From: Chromatiaceae bacterium
GTDB taxonomy: Bacteria; Pseudomonadota; Gammaproteobacteria; Chromatiales; Chromatiaceae
Assembly: GCA_024235175.1 (NCBI GenBank)
Contig: JACKMX010000009.1
Span: 32,704-96,703 of the forward strand
DNA length: 64,000 nucleotides
Reading direction: 5' to 3'
Part shown: positions 1 through 9,700 of the stretch, piece after piece
How positions within the stretch are numbered: position 1 is the first letter of the stretch
Layout of the letters: every line of letters starts with the position of its first letter
Translations under genes and position numbers: made by a program
The notes under the pieces: generated by a model
What the model was told of the DNA's origin: nothing
Databases searched by the model: none
The model's input: the letters and a program-made list of their open reading frames with translations, nothing else

Positions 1-479
1 ACTACTCTATCTGGCCTGGCTTTGTCGCCATTACGCTGTTGTTCACCAGTTTCGTGGGAGGCTGCGCCGGATCCACCGGCGGCGGTATCAAAGCGATCCG
101 TTTCCTGCTTCTTGTCAAACAGGGGCTGCGTGAGATCAACCGGCTGATACATCCCAATGCGCAGATACCGATTCGCGTCGGCAGCAAGAGTATCGATCCC
201 CGGATTGTGGAGGCGGTGTGGGGATTCTTCGCACTCTACGTTGCCAGCTTTACGTTCATGTACATCGCGCTGGCGATGACCGGGCTCAATCTGATGACCG
301 CTTTCTCCGCGGTGGCCGCGTCGATCAATAATCTTGGGCCCGGACTGGCCGATGTCGCGCTGAATTATGGAGACCTCAACAATCCTGCCAAGTGGGTGCT
401 CTGTTTTGCCATGCTGTTGGGACGCCTGGAGATTTTCACCCTGCTGGTGTTGCTGACCCCGGCCTATTGGCGCAAGTAG
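1..479 (+). CDS. trkH: K+ uptake protein TrkH, C-terminal part (gene starts upstream of window)
   Basis: The frame is open to the window edge. The translation ...LLFTSFVGGCAGSTGGGIKAIRFLLLVKQG... carries the TrkH/KtrB-type GGGIK pore-loop motif, followed by hydrophobic helices and a stop at 477-479. Confidence 0.85.
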   Translation, partial: YSIWPGFVAITLLFTSFVGGCAGSTGGGIKAIRFLLLVKQGLREINRLIHPNAQIPIRVGSKSIDPRIVEAVWGFFALYVASFTFMYIALAMTGLNLMTAFSAVAASINNLGPGLADVALNYGDLNNPAKWVLCFAMLLGRLEIFTLLVLLTPAYWRK

Positions 480-727
480 ATGGGTTTGCGGCCTATAGGG
501 AAACAGCGGGATGGCATCTGCGCTACTGCATAGCGAGCAGCAAACACAACCGTGGAAAACGAGGAGAGTGAAAGGGCAGAACGGTCAGCAGAGGTTGCGG
601 ACTTGTAACTTGGTGGAGCAATGGGCTTAAAGCCCGTTGTGCGCAGGAAAGGTCCACCCGCCCGGACAATGAATAGATCTGGTTCAGTCTGGCAGGGTTC
701 ATCAACAGGATTCCAGGGAGATAAAAA

Positions 728-1990
728 ATGAAACCCAAAACAGCAGAAGGCAGAGAAAAGGATAATTCTGCCTCGACTCAAAACGCTTCAGACATGCGCG
801 CAGAAATGGATCTACTCAGGCAGCGACTGCGCGCGCTTGAGGCAAGCCTGCCGGGGGCAGCTCCCAACCCGCCGCCTGGCCGAAAGGTGGAATCCCGAAC
901 CGCAGCGAACGCGGTTGTGCTTCTGATATCGGTTGCCGTGCTTGCGGTGCTCGTCGGCACGGGGATTGTCTATGGCAAGGATGCATTGAATGCACTGTTT
1001 ATCGACGACAACGGCAATGTCGGAATCGGGACGGAGCATCCGGGTGCGACCTTGGATGTCATGGGAACGATGAATGTAGTCAAAGAGGTCACTTTTGCAG
1101 GGCCTCTAACGGCATTGGGCAGGGTCCAGATCGGCAAAAAAACAGAAGAAGCTGTGCTCGATGTCGCAGGAACTTTAAAGGTCACAGACAATGCGACTGT
1201 CGAAGGCAGCTTAAAGACCGGTGGCAACGTCGGAATCGGATTGGAGCCAACAGGGATAAAGTTGGAGATTCGCCAGAATGAAGCGATAAAAGTAGGCAAT
1301 GCCTACTTGAGCTCCGGAGGCGACTATGCCCACCTGGCCAATAATATGTGGTTTGACGGAACAAAGTGGCAGGAAACTGCCGCCGGTGCGTTGCTGCAGT
1401 TGAGCGGGCAGGAGACAATAATTTTGACGCATGACGGAAAAGGCAGGCACATGGAAATGGTGAAAGTTAACCAGGCTGGTATGACCGTGAACGGGTCTCT
1501 CCAATACCAGGGGGTATATCAACGCAACGACGAACCGGAGACGACCCGGCAGATTTTTCCCAGGTATCATCTTACATTGACCGGCCCGGTCTACCGGGGA
1601 TCATCGAAAAGGATACCGCAAGAAACACTGATAGCGCTCTGCGGCGATGAGGACGGTTGCGAGGTCCGGCTGGGGATGACGAAATGGGACAATGATACAC
1701 AAACAGAGACTGCTTCAAGGTCGTCCCTGTTTTACTACTCGTCCGGGAACGGACATTGGAGAGCCTCAAGCGGCATCGCGGCCTGGGATGCATCAGGTAT
1801 CGATGGAGACGGCAAAACAGCGCACGTACTCGTCCACCCGTGGCGCGTATGCCACTTCACGGATGGCAATTACAGCAAAAATGTAAATAATGGTGACAGC
1901 CAAAAGGGAATGGAGCTCCTGATGTGGGAGGCGGACAAGGGTAAAAATCAGGGTACCAACCGTACGTGTGAACTGACGTTGATAGACTGA
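728..1990 (+). CDS. Membrane-anchored protein with tail-fibre-like GNVGIGT repeats and a Cys-containing C-terminal domain (paralogue of 2131-3129)
   Basis: GGAGAT lies just upstream of the ATG. A charged N-terminus is followed by one TM helix (AANAVVLLISVAVLAVLVGTGIVYG). The motif DDNGNVGIGTEHPGATLDVMG is present. The C-terminal part aligns by eye with the 2131-3129 product (PRYHLTLTG...IPQETLIALCGDEDGCEVRLG...CELTLID*). Confidence 0.7.
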   Translation: MKPKTAEGREKDNSASTQNASDMRAEMDLLRQRLRALEASLPGAAPNPPPGRKVESRTAANAVVLLISVAVLAVLVGTGIVYGKDALNALFIDDNGNVGIGTEHPGATLDVMGTMNVVKEVTFAGPLTALGRVQIGKKTEEAVLDVAGTLKVTDNATVEGSLKTGGNVGIGLEPTGIKLEIRQNEAIKVGNAYLSSGGDYAHLANNMWFDGTKWQETAAGALLQLSGQETIILTHDGKGRHMEMVKVNQAGMTVNGSLQYQGVYQRNDEPETTRQIFPRYHLTLTGPVYRGSSKRIPQETLIALCGDEDGCEVRLGMTKWDNDTQTETASRSSLFYYSSGNGHWRASSGIAAWDASGIDGDGKTAHVLVHPWRVCHFTDGNYSKNVNNGDSQKGMELLMWEADKGKNQGTNRTCELTLID

Positions 1991-2130
1991 GTGGAAGCAC
2001 AGGGTCACCCAAACCCATCGGGCACCAATGACCGATTACTCCTCAACTCAATAGTGTCTCTGCTGAGAGTCGCAGGACTCTGCTCCAACCCGGGCCCCTG
2101 TTTGGTTTCTGTAGCGGACCAAACATCCAC

Positions 2131-3129
2131 TTAGTCGATAATGGTAATATCGCACTGTCTCTGCGGATTTTTGAATCTACCAAAAACGCCATAACCTCCT
2201 GATTTAAGGCGTACAAAGGAACACGAGTCCGGGTCCGTGGGGAGGGGCGCCGGAATCTGCGGTACTGAAACCTTTCCCCAGGTTATTTCTTGGTTTCCGA
2301 CAGCCTGATCCAGGTGAAATAGAAATGTAGACGTTGTGTTTTTCAAATTTAATTGGTGAGTCACCCCGTTTAGCTGGATGTCTTTATCGAAGACCTTGAT
2401 TCGCAGCCTGATGCTGCAACCGTCCGGATCGCCGCAGTGAGAATCCATGATCTCGGGCGGAATCATCATTTGACCCGGTTGTACGTAGGCAGTGATTGTC
2501 TTGTGATACCTGCTTGATACAGGGTAAAGCTTCGGTTCGCCACCGTTGGTCACATGTAGACCGCGGTGCATGAAATCACCGTTGATGTCCAGGGCTGCTT
2601 TGGGTTCCTTTGTCTGAATACCGATTCTCCCCGGTCTGGCACCATCCTGGAGGACGAGATCTACCGGATTTCCATCGTCATACTGATATGTCAGGAGCCT
2701 GGCATAGGAATTCCTGCCCGGCGCCTCCATGAGTATGACGCGCCGCTTCTTTTCACCACCGTCACTAACGATGAAACGCCCGCCCTGTTGCAGTGTACCG
2801 CGCACCTCAAGCGGTTCTTTAGGTTGGATCGAACCCGGCGGGAATGTACCTATTCCGACCTTTCCAAGGACCTGAAGTGATTTCGAGACCCGCGCATCCC
2901 CCTCTATATGTAGCCTGGCTTTCGGATCAGCCGTTCCTATTCCGGCATTGCCCTCAGGGGTGATCACGAGTGCTTCGCCGCTGGTCTCTGCATAGACTTG
3001 TCGCACAGCAATTGGCGCAAGTGTGAGACAACACAAAGAGGCGAGTACGACTCCCCGAAAAAGGCGCCTGGAAGCGCATAGATGCCATTTTCTCGCAGTG
3101 ATAAAGGGGATGTTATTTCCTGCGGTCAT
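2131..3129 (-). CDS. Exported protein with GNAGIGT fibre-like repeats and a Cys-containing C-terminal domain; last gene of the giant-protein operon
   Basis: The ORF runs to 3174, but the Met at 3129 is preceded by GAGGA and gives a signal-peptide-like N-terminus (...RRLFRGVVLASLCCLTLAPIAVRQVYA). Motifs: EGNAGIGTADPKARLHIEGD, SRYHKTITA, CGDPDGCSIRLR, and a terminal CDITIID*. Confidence 0.7.
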   Translation of the reverse strand: MTAGNNIPFITARKWHLCASRRLFRGVVLASLCCLTLAPIAVRQVYAETSGEALVITPEGNAGIGTADPKARLHIEGDARVSKSLQVLGKVGIGTFPPGSIQPKEPLEVRGTLQQGGRFIVSDGGEKKRRVILMEAPGRNSYARLLTYQYDDGNPVDLVLQDGARPGRIGIQTKEPKAALDINGDFMHRGLHVTNGGEPKLYPVSSRYHKTITAYVQPGQMMIPPEIMDSHCGDPDGCSIRLRIKVFDKDIQLNGVTHQLNLKNTTSTFLFHLDQAVGNQEITWGKVSVPQIPAPLPTDPDSCSFVRLKSGGYGVFGRFKNPQRQCDITIID

Positions 3130-3232
3130 TTCCTGTTCCTCTGAGGAAGTGAAAAATATACGAAGTCGCTCCAAGCGGGCTCACATCCGCTGGCCATAAG
3201 TCAAGCTGAACATCCGGACGACAGGATGCATT

Positions 3233-5092
3233 TCAGGGCCCGTCTGTCGTTCTTATCGCCTGCACTTCGAGTGCATGTCCCCGTGGCCAGGAGAAACCGC
3301 GTGTCATACTCGTGCGTCCTGCGCGCACGATCACCCTACCGCTTTCTCCCTCGGGATGAGCATCTGCACTCAGCACCACGCGACGTGCAGCATACGTCCT
3401 GCCTGCCAGCATGGTCAGGGGCCGGATCTCCCGTTCGGATGCGCGGGGAGTGAACTGGTAGATTCCCTGCCGGGCGTAGGCAACAACCCGATCATCGTGG
3501 AAAAGCATGCCATCCGTATCGTAGTCAGCCGGCAGATCCACCGCCCGACAGAGCGAGAATTTCGCTGGACAGAGGTGACCCTTGGTTATCAGATAGGCTC
3601 CGCCCGCGGGATCGAAAAATATTTTACCGGGTCCGGCATCAGGTACTGCAAGAATCCGACGCAGTTTGGCGTCATCACCGGTGCTGCGCCAGTCGATCTC
3701 GACAAGATAGCCGCCCAGCACGGCAAACAGGCGTCCGGTTGCAGGATTGAATCTTGGAGGTGCCCCAATTTTTCCCTCGAACTGAAACAGAAATTCCGGA
3801 GGCCGGAAGATGCCTGAACCGGGGCGATTCTCGGCCACTTGGAATAGCTGAATCCTGCCTTCGTCGCTGGTGTTCGCGGCCATTGCAAGATAATGGATCA
3901 CGCGTCTTTCGACCGTCTCAGTGTGCACGGCGGGGCGGAACAACTCTGCAAACAACATCGTTGCGCCACTCTTTCGATCCGTGAATTCGACTCCGGGGTA
4001 GCTCTCCCCGGTATCTGTCCTGATCCGGCCCAACTCGATCCGCCTGCCCTGGGTTGTGTCGAGACTTCCGAGAATGAAAGCCTGATTTCCGTCCAGACTG
4101 AGCGCGATCGGGGCTATGCTGTCGTAATTCTTTTCCGTAACCCAGATTTTTTCCATTTGAGCGTTGTAACCAACGATCGCACCGGGCTCCCGGGCCTCTC
4201 TGGTGTCGCGGAAGTAAATTGCACCATCGGCACCTGCGGCTGGTGTATTTCCGTTTTGCAGAGCGACCTCTTTAGAGTCTCTTCCGAGACAGCCCTGAAT
4301 CCTGGACAGATAGTCGTAGTCGCACGACATTACCATGCCGGTGCCGACGATGTTCGTCCTGCCCAGATCCGTGCCCGCTGCGAAGCTTCCGCCTGGAAGG
4401 GGGGGAGGGATAGCGACACCGGACACGGCGCCATAGGGTGATACCTTCATAAGCTTGGGCACTCCATCACTCTCGCCGGCAACGATGACTGATGCTCCAT
4501 CGTCATAGGCGTTGGTCAGGAATGTGAGACTGTCCCGAACGAGCAGCGGCGAAGTGGCGTATGCCGGAGGCTCGGTTTCGGGGGCGGACCAGGGGAGCTG
4601 CGGTGCCTCGGGGGTGTCGTAGCGCAATGAAACCCTTGGTCTGTACCGGGCCTCGGCCAGGCCGCCGTAATAGGTCCGGTCCGAAGCCGGTGAGGCTGTC
4701 GTTATTTTTATCTTGAGCGCGCCTCTGGCGAGAGCGTCGCAAGCCTCAGGTCTGAGCTGGATCGCCACGCGACCCAGGGGCCGTTCTTCCACCGTGCCCA
4801 AGCCCATCTGCCTCTCATCGATATAGACATCGAGATCCTGTCCGGTGTGTGGTCCCGGCGTCTCGTCGGCGACAAGGTGCAACTCACACGAATTGATCTT
4901 TGCGTTCGATGGCAGCGGAAGAAGTCCATGCCTGAATTCAAGGGTATGACTGCCTTTGTCGTCATCCGGTGTGATGCGAAATGTCTTGCTGATATCGGAA
5001 TAGAGGTAGACGCGTGTCGCATCGGCTGCAGCGGATTGCACCGACAGGCACAGCAGAAGTATGGCAGAAGCGCCCTGAATTCGTTGCAGCAT
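3233..5092 (-). CDS. Secreted protein of unknown function (possible beta-propeller-like repeats)
   Basis: The long ORF reaches 5227. The internal Met at 5092 is preceded by GAGGAGG and starts a Sec-type signal peptide (MLQRIQGASAILLLCLSVQSAAA). It lies 31 nt after the stop of the upstream gene. I recognise no catalytic motif. Confidence 0.7.
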   Translation of the reverse strand: MLQRIQGASAILLLCLSVQSAAADATRVYLYSDISKTFRITPDDDKGSHTLEFRHGLLPLPSNAKINSCELHLVADETPGPHTGQDLDVYIDERQMGLGTVEERPLGRVAIQLRPEACDALARGALKIKITTASPASDRTYYGGLAEARYRPRVSLRYDTPEAPQLPWSAPETEPPAYATSPLLVRDSLTFLTNAYDDGASVIVAGESDGVPKLMKVSPYGAVSGVAIPPPLPGGSFAAGTDLGRTNIVGTGMVMSCDYDYLSRIQGCLGRDSKEVALQNGNTPAAGADGAIYFRDTREAREPGAIVGYNAQMEKIWVTEKNYDSIAPIALSLDGNQAFILGSLDTTQGRRIELGRIRTDTGESYPGVEFTDRKSGATMLFAELFRPAVHTETVERRVIHYLAMAANTSDEGRIQLFQVAENRPGSGIFRPPEFLFQFEGKIGAPPRFNPATGRLFAVLGGYLVEIDWRSTGDDAKLRRILAVPDAGPGKIFFDPAGGAYLITKGHLCPAKFSLCRAVDLPADYDTDGMLFHDDRVVAYARQGIYQFTPRASEREIRPLTMLAGRTYAARRVVLSADAHPEGESGRVIVRAGRTSMTRGFSWPRGHALEVQAIRTTDGP

Positions 5093-5123
5093 GTCAGGAC
5101 CTCCTCTGGATCGACTTGACACT

Positions 5124-6791
5124 CTATTCACTGACGAATACCTCCAAAGGTTCCCGCCGCCATCGACGTTTGCCTGGCGTATTTGCATGCATGCGCCGTG
5201 CGAACGCACAGCCCCTGAAGGCAACACAGGAGATGTGGTGCGGTGCTATAATCCACTCTTCATCATCGTCGATGCGGTTTGCGTCCAGAGAGAGCCAGGA
5301 GTCTTCGGTGCGGGTCACCCTTTTCAGCCGTGCGCTGACCGGCTGGATACTTTTCTGTCGGGATCCTGTGCCGACCGCCGCCAGGCCAAGGAGCTGGTCT
5401 CCCTTCAACCTGCATATTCCTGACCCGATCGCTCCTTGACACCAGTACCCTGCATCAGCGACCGGTCGTGACTCCCAGGCAGCATTTTTGTCAACTTTGC
5501 GCGACCAGATGTCGCCAAGTGGCGCGCCGTTGATCGTGCGCACGCCGCCAGCAATCCAGACTTCCCCCTGGCGCACGGCGGCGCCGGGCATGCAACGCGC
5601 TCCCCACTTCACTTCTGAGGTGACCGATCGGGCTTCGGCACCCTGTGGCGAAAGGTCGAGAGCAACCGTATCATTCAGCGGGCCGAATTTTCCGAGCCCA
5701 CCCAGAATCCAGGCCTGACGCTCACCGGTGACAACGGCGGCATGGCCCATACGTGCCTCGAATTCACCCGTAACCTGCAACCGTGTCCAGCCAGCGGCCG
5801 GATCGCGTAGATTGAAGCAGAAAACTTCCGCCGATTTCAGGTCCTGATCAACCATACTTCCGCCGATCAGATAGAGGTGATCGCCCAGCCTGATCCCTGG
5901 CGATGTCTCCATGTAATCAGGCAGCGCACCACCAACTTTCTCCCAGTCGACCAGTCCGTCTCTGGACCGGTACAAAGCCAACGCCGATTTTTTATCGCCA
6001 TCGATCAGGATCGCGTAGAGCCAGTCAGCATACGCATCGCCGCTGTCGAACAATACGGCGGGGAATCTTTTTTCCGGCATATCGATCCTGTTCCACCCGG
6101 GTTTCAGAACCTTGACATCAAGCTCCAGCTCGTCAACACGCCCGGAGTCTTCATCGATTGCTTTCAGGATAAATCTTGCGGTCTCGCTGACTTCGACCCG
6201 CATGAAGTTATCGCCACTTTCAGTCACCTGCGTATGCGGGGGCTGATTAATCGTTGTGCGCGCCGAAGACTCCCAACTCAGCAGCACACTCCCTGCGCCG
6301 ATCAGCACATCTGGAGATGCGCGGAAAGAGCCGATCAAATCCTCCCCGAGTTTGCGCACAGCGATCTTTTCCGTATTTTGCTTCACCTCCTGGCCGACCT
6401 GATAATAGGCTTGAACCGAGATCTCAGCCTGCCCCACTTCGGCATTGCACTTGATATTCTCGATGTCGACCGCGATTTCGAGTTCTCCCCCCACCCCAAT
6501 GCCGTCAACACCGTCACCCAGCCAGCCACTACGGCAGCCGTCACTTTCCTCGCCCCGGAAATCTTCGTGCGAACTATGCATACCGGGATAGGAGACCCTG
6601 GCGCGGATTTCGCGGGCATCAGCCTGATCCCGCACCAGGCCCGACTCTCCCACCGGGATCTCCATCTTCAGCCAGACCGGTCCGTCATTGTGGATCCTTA
6701 TCCTGAACGGGATGCGGTTCCGGCTCTGTGCCTGATCGCCGACTATGATGGTTGGCTCTTCGGCCGAGATGCACAGTTGGAACTCACTCAT
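5124..6791 (-). CDS. Kelch-repeat (beta-propeller) protein
   Basis: 555-aa ORF. Its start overlaps the upstream stop by 8 nt. The C-terminal half has repeated Kelch-like blades (LYLIGG...W, AWILGG, VWIAGG with spaced Trp/Gly). There is no signal peptide. Confidence 0.7.
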   Translation of the reverse strand: MSEFQLCISAEEPTIIVGDQAQSRNRIPFRIRIHNDGPVWLKMEIPVGESGLVRDQADAREIRARVSYPGMHSSHEDFRGEESDGCRSGWLGDGVDGIGVGGELEIAVDIENIKCNAEVGQAEISVQAYYQVGQEVKQNTEKIAVRKLGEDLIGSFRASPDVLIGAGSVLLSWESSARTTINQPPHTQVTESGDNFMRVEVSETARFILKAIDEDSGRVDELELDVKVLKPGWNRIDMPEKRFPAVLFDSGDAYADWLYAILIDGDKKSALALYRSRDGLVDWEKVGGALPDYMETSPGIRLGDHLYLIGGSMVDQDLKSAEVFCFNLRDPAAGWTRLQVTGEFEARMGHAAVVTGERQAWILGGLGKFGPLNDTVALDLSPQGAEARSVTSEVKWGARCMPGAAVRQGEVWIAGGVRTINGAPLGDIWSRKVDKNAAWESRPVADAGYWCQGAIGSGICRLKGDQLLGLAAVGTGSRQKSIQPVSARLKRVTRTEDSWLSLDANRIDDDEEWIIAPHHISCVAFRGCAFARRMHANTPGKRRWRREPLEVFVSE

Positions 6792-9700
6792 CCTGCTCTC
6801 CTTTCACCTGTGAGGGAGGGGTTCGCTGCAGACGCAGCCAACCTTCGCTCAATATCTGCTCACTGTCGAACAGCACAGCGTCGCCAACCGATCGCACCGG
6901 TAACCAGTCAATCAGGGGACCGGTGGCGAAAGACCACTTGCCGAAAGCATCCGAAGGACGAGGCATATCGAGCATATCCTTCTCCGCATGCCCTGCTATA
7001 ACCGGGGCGACCCTTATATAGTGATCCCGAAGCTGTGCACTCTCCTGCAAAGCGACCTGCTCCAGCTCAGTATGTGTTTTGGGCAGCAATTCCGTTTTGG
7101 CATGAACCCGCGAACCCGCCTGCATGAGTAGAATCAGAGGTTCCGGCGTACCGTCCAGCTTGACTGACACCGTTTCATCGTAGCGAATTCGCGAATTGGG
7201 ACCGAGCCTCATGGGTGCTCCCGAGCGCGCAATGAGATGATCATCGTATATCACCCCGAGCAGTCCATCGCGGGCTTCGCTGCTGTCCCCGAGGATGACC
7301 TCTGTGCTCTCCTGCCCGATCTCCCCCGTATCGAAACGTGCACTACCACCCGCAATCACACAGCGCCCATGCGGAAGGCCGAAAAGTTCAAGCGACAGTT
7401 GTGCACGAACGACAGCGAGCGGTCGACCGACAAGGACCCCAAGGGAGGGATCTTCACCGGTTGGGCGATCTACGGTACTGGCCAGCACGAAATCGCTCAG
7501 TTCGAGAAATGCCTGTCCCTCGTCCGCACTGAACTCTGTGAGAAGCAGGACAAACTGCCTGAGCACCTCGTCGGCGATGTTTCCGGCCAGGAGCGTCGTA
7601 CCCGGCTTTGGCCGCCATTTGAAGGTGACCCTGGACTGGATCGTCTTCTTACCCGGTGACGGGAGTACGCTTTCGAGCGTCCCCAGCGCCGCACCGTCGA
7701 ACGCGAAGATATCAAAGCTTTTCTGCAAGTAGTTGGGAACAACCCACCCATGTACCGGCGAGGATCCTCTGCCCTCTCTTCCCAACCATGACAATTCAAG
7801 TCTTGCCGGCTGCAGCAGCGCTCGCTCCAATACCAGGTCGTGACCGCCATCCGCAGGTCCGGCGGCGGCTGCAACGGCGACGTTGACACCCTTTGCGGTA
7901 TCCCTGGACAGGACCTGCGTCTGTCGACCGAATGCATCGACAAGATGCAGGGAGTGCAGTCTCAGCCCCCCTTCGCGGAAGGGGTGAAAAGGGAAGTTGG
8001 GCAAGTGGAGGGTGGGCTGTGGCAGACGCCCCAGAGCGTCCCACACTGCCGTATCGATTTCGTCTTTGACAGGATCCACAGGCGGCACGAACAGACCCAG
8101 AGTGGTGCTTTGGAGCAGTTCATTGAAGCCGGCAAACGGTGCGCCAAGGACTCGTGCGGTTTCTATTCTCGAAAACGAAACTTCCTGTCGGTTGCCGGCT
8201 TCGCCGGTGAATCTGTGAAGGTTGGCTGCAAGTTTTTCGCCCGAGATTACCGACAGGGGCACGGCGCCCTGCAGGTAGGCGTGCCGATCAGCGATGCCCG
8301 AATATCCGGCTGGCATCCAGCGCACCTGCCATTTAAGAAAAACCGGCATCCCGGCCGTTGTGTCGCGATCCCAATGCGTTACCGCTCCCGGGTCCGGCGG
8401 GGTACCGGTCCAGCTCATTCTATGTAGATCATGTGCTGCCTCACTGTTAAGGCTTTCGACCAGCCGGCCCAGGAGTTCCCGCTGTTCCATCGTGCTCCCC
8501 GTGCCGATCCAGCCAGTCGCAGTGTGATCAAGACACCTCAGTTCCCGAGCGAGCAGAGTGAGGCAGCCAGCCAGATCCGGTCCGACAAGTGATGGGTCGA
8601 CATTCGCAGCTGGAAGATCCGCTTCAAACCATTTGCGATCAACAGGTCCCAAGAGCTCGAGGCCGGAAATCACATCCCGCAGCATACGGCATCGCAGCAG
8701 CTCAGTCTGGCCTTCATCACGGATTGGCCTTTTCGGCCTGGAACGATCCCGGCGCGTGGGGTCTTGGTCGTCGATTACCACATAAGGATCTTTGGGCGTC
8801 AGGAAATGACCGGCCACCACATCTGTCAAGTCAAGGTCCGGATTGCGTTCGAGTGCAGCGTCCAACTCCATTTTTGTTTTGTCCAGGTCTCGCGCAGCCT
8901 GTAACGCGCTTACCGTGACCAACTCCACTGCGCTAAGCGCTTCTTCGATCACACTCCTGTGCGGACGACTCATCGGGGGGCCAGTCTGGAGGGCAGCCCA
9001 AGCGGACCAGGCCCCAAACAGGCGTTTGCGTGCTCCTTCCAGGTCACGCAGGTGGCGGTCCAGGATCAGCTGTTGTTCATTGAGGTTCATCAGCAGGGAA
9101 GAGAGCCCTGCCGGAAGAGCTCCGCCCTCTGGGTTTTCTGCTCCCTCCTTTCGCCCAATCTGCCATCTTGCCCCACCGGGCAGTGGGCTGAACCTTTGTC
9201 TCAGTATGAGCTCATCGAGCTCCCGCAGTTTTCCAACCTGTCCCGCCTGGTCATGGAAGAAGGCACAGAGCACCCGCTCAAGGTCTGGGTCAGGGTCCTG
9301 CCCTATGCGCAGCGCAGCAACGAAAGCCTCGGCAGCTGATCCGCCGATGGCGATATTCGGCAACTTGGCCGGGGCGCCGCTCATTTTTTTGAGTGTTACA
9401 TCGGCCATAGTGAGCCCGGTCACACCGCCATGGAGGAGAACCCCGTCGGGGGGAGTCTCCCGGTCTATCTGGGGATAGTGCCAGGATAGATTAGCCATCC
9501 TGTCTGCGATCGACGTATCGGAACTCTTGCCTCCTTTTTGTGCGGCGGTCAGCAGGTCGCACGCTGGATCGGAATACCAGCCCGCGACAAGGTAGGAGAG
9601 ACTGGCATCCTCGTGCACACCCGCAAGATCATCGTGGAAACCGAGGATATTGCGACAGGCCGGGTAGTAGTGAGAGAAGGTGAGATCCCCCCAGCCGGAT

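Noticed and set aside
5877-7001. Long antisense ORFs listed in the track. Examples are 5877-7001 (+, 374 aa), 13091-13783 (+), 16791-17513 (+), 21845-23524 (-, 559 aa), 25157-26107 (-, 316 aa), 29504-30301 (-), 38771-39610 (-), 48160-48867 (-) and 57307-57984 (-).
   Set aside because: Each lies entirely inside a longer ORF on the opposite strand that has recognisable motifs or operon context. Their translations are Arg/Pro/Gly/Ser-rich, as expected for shadow ORFs in GC-rich DNA, and none has a plausible ribosome-binding site or domain.
9480-9560. Loose P-loop-like string AAQKGGKS in the 1159-aa protein (coordinates approximate).
   Set aside because: It fits [AG]x4GK[ST] only formally. It lacks a preceding hydrophobic strand and any Walker B candidate, and it sits in a polar linker. 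I treat it as a chance match.
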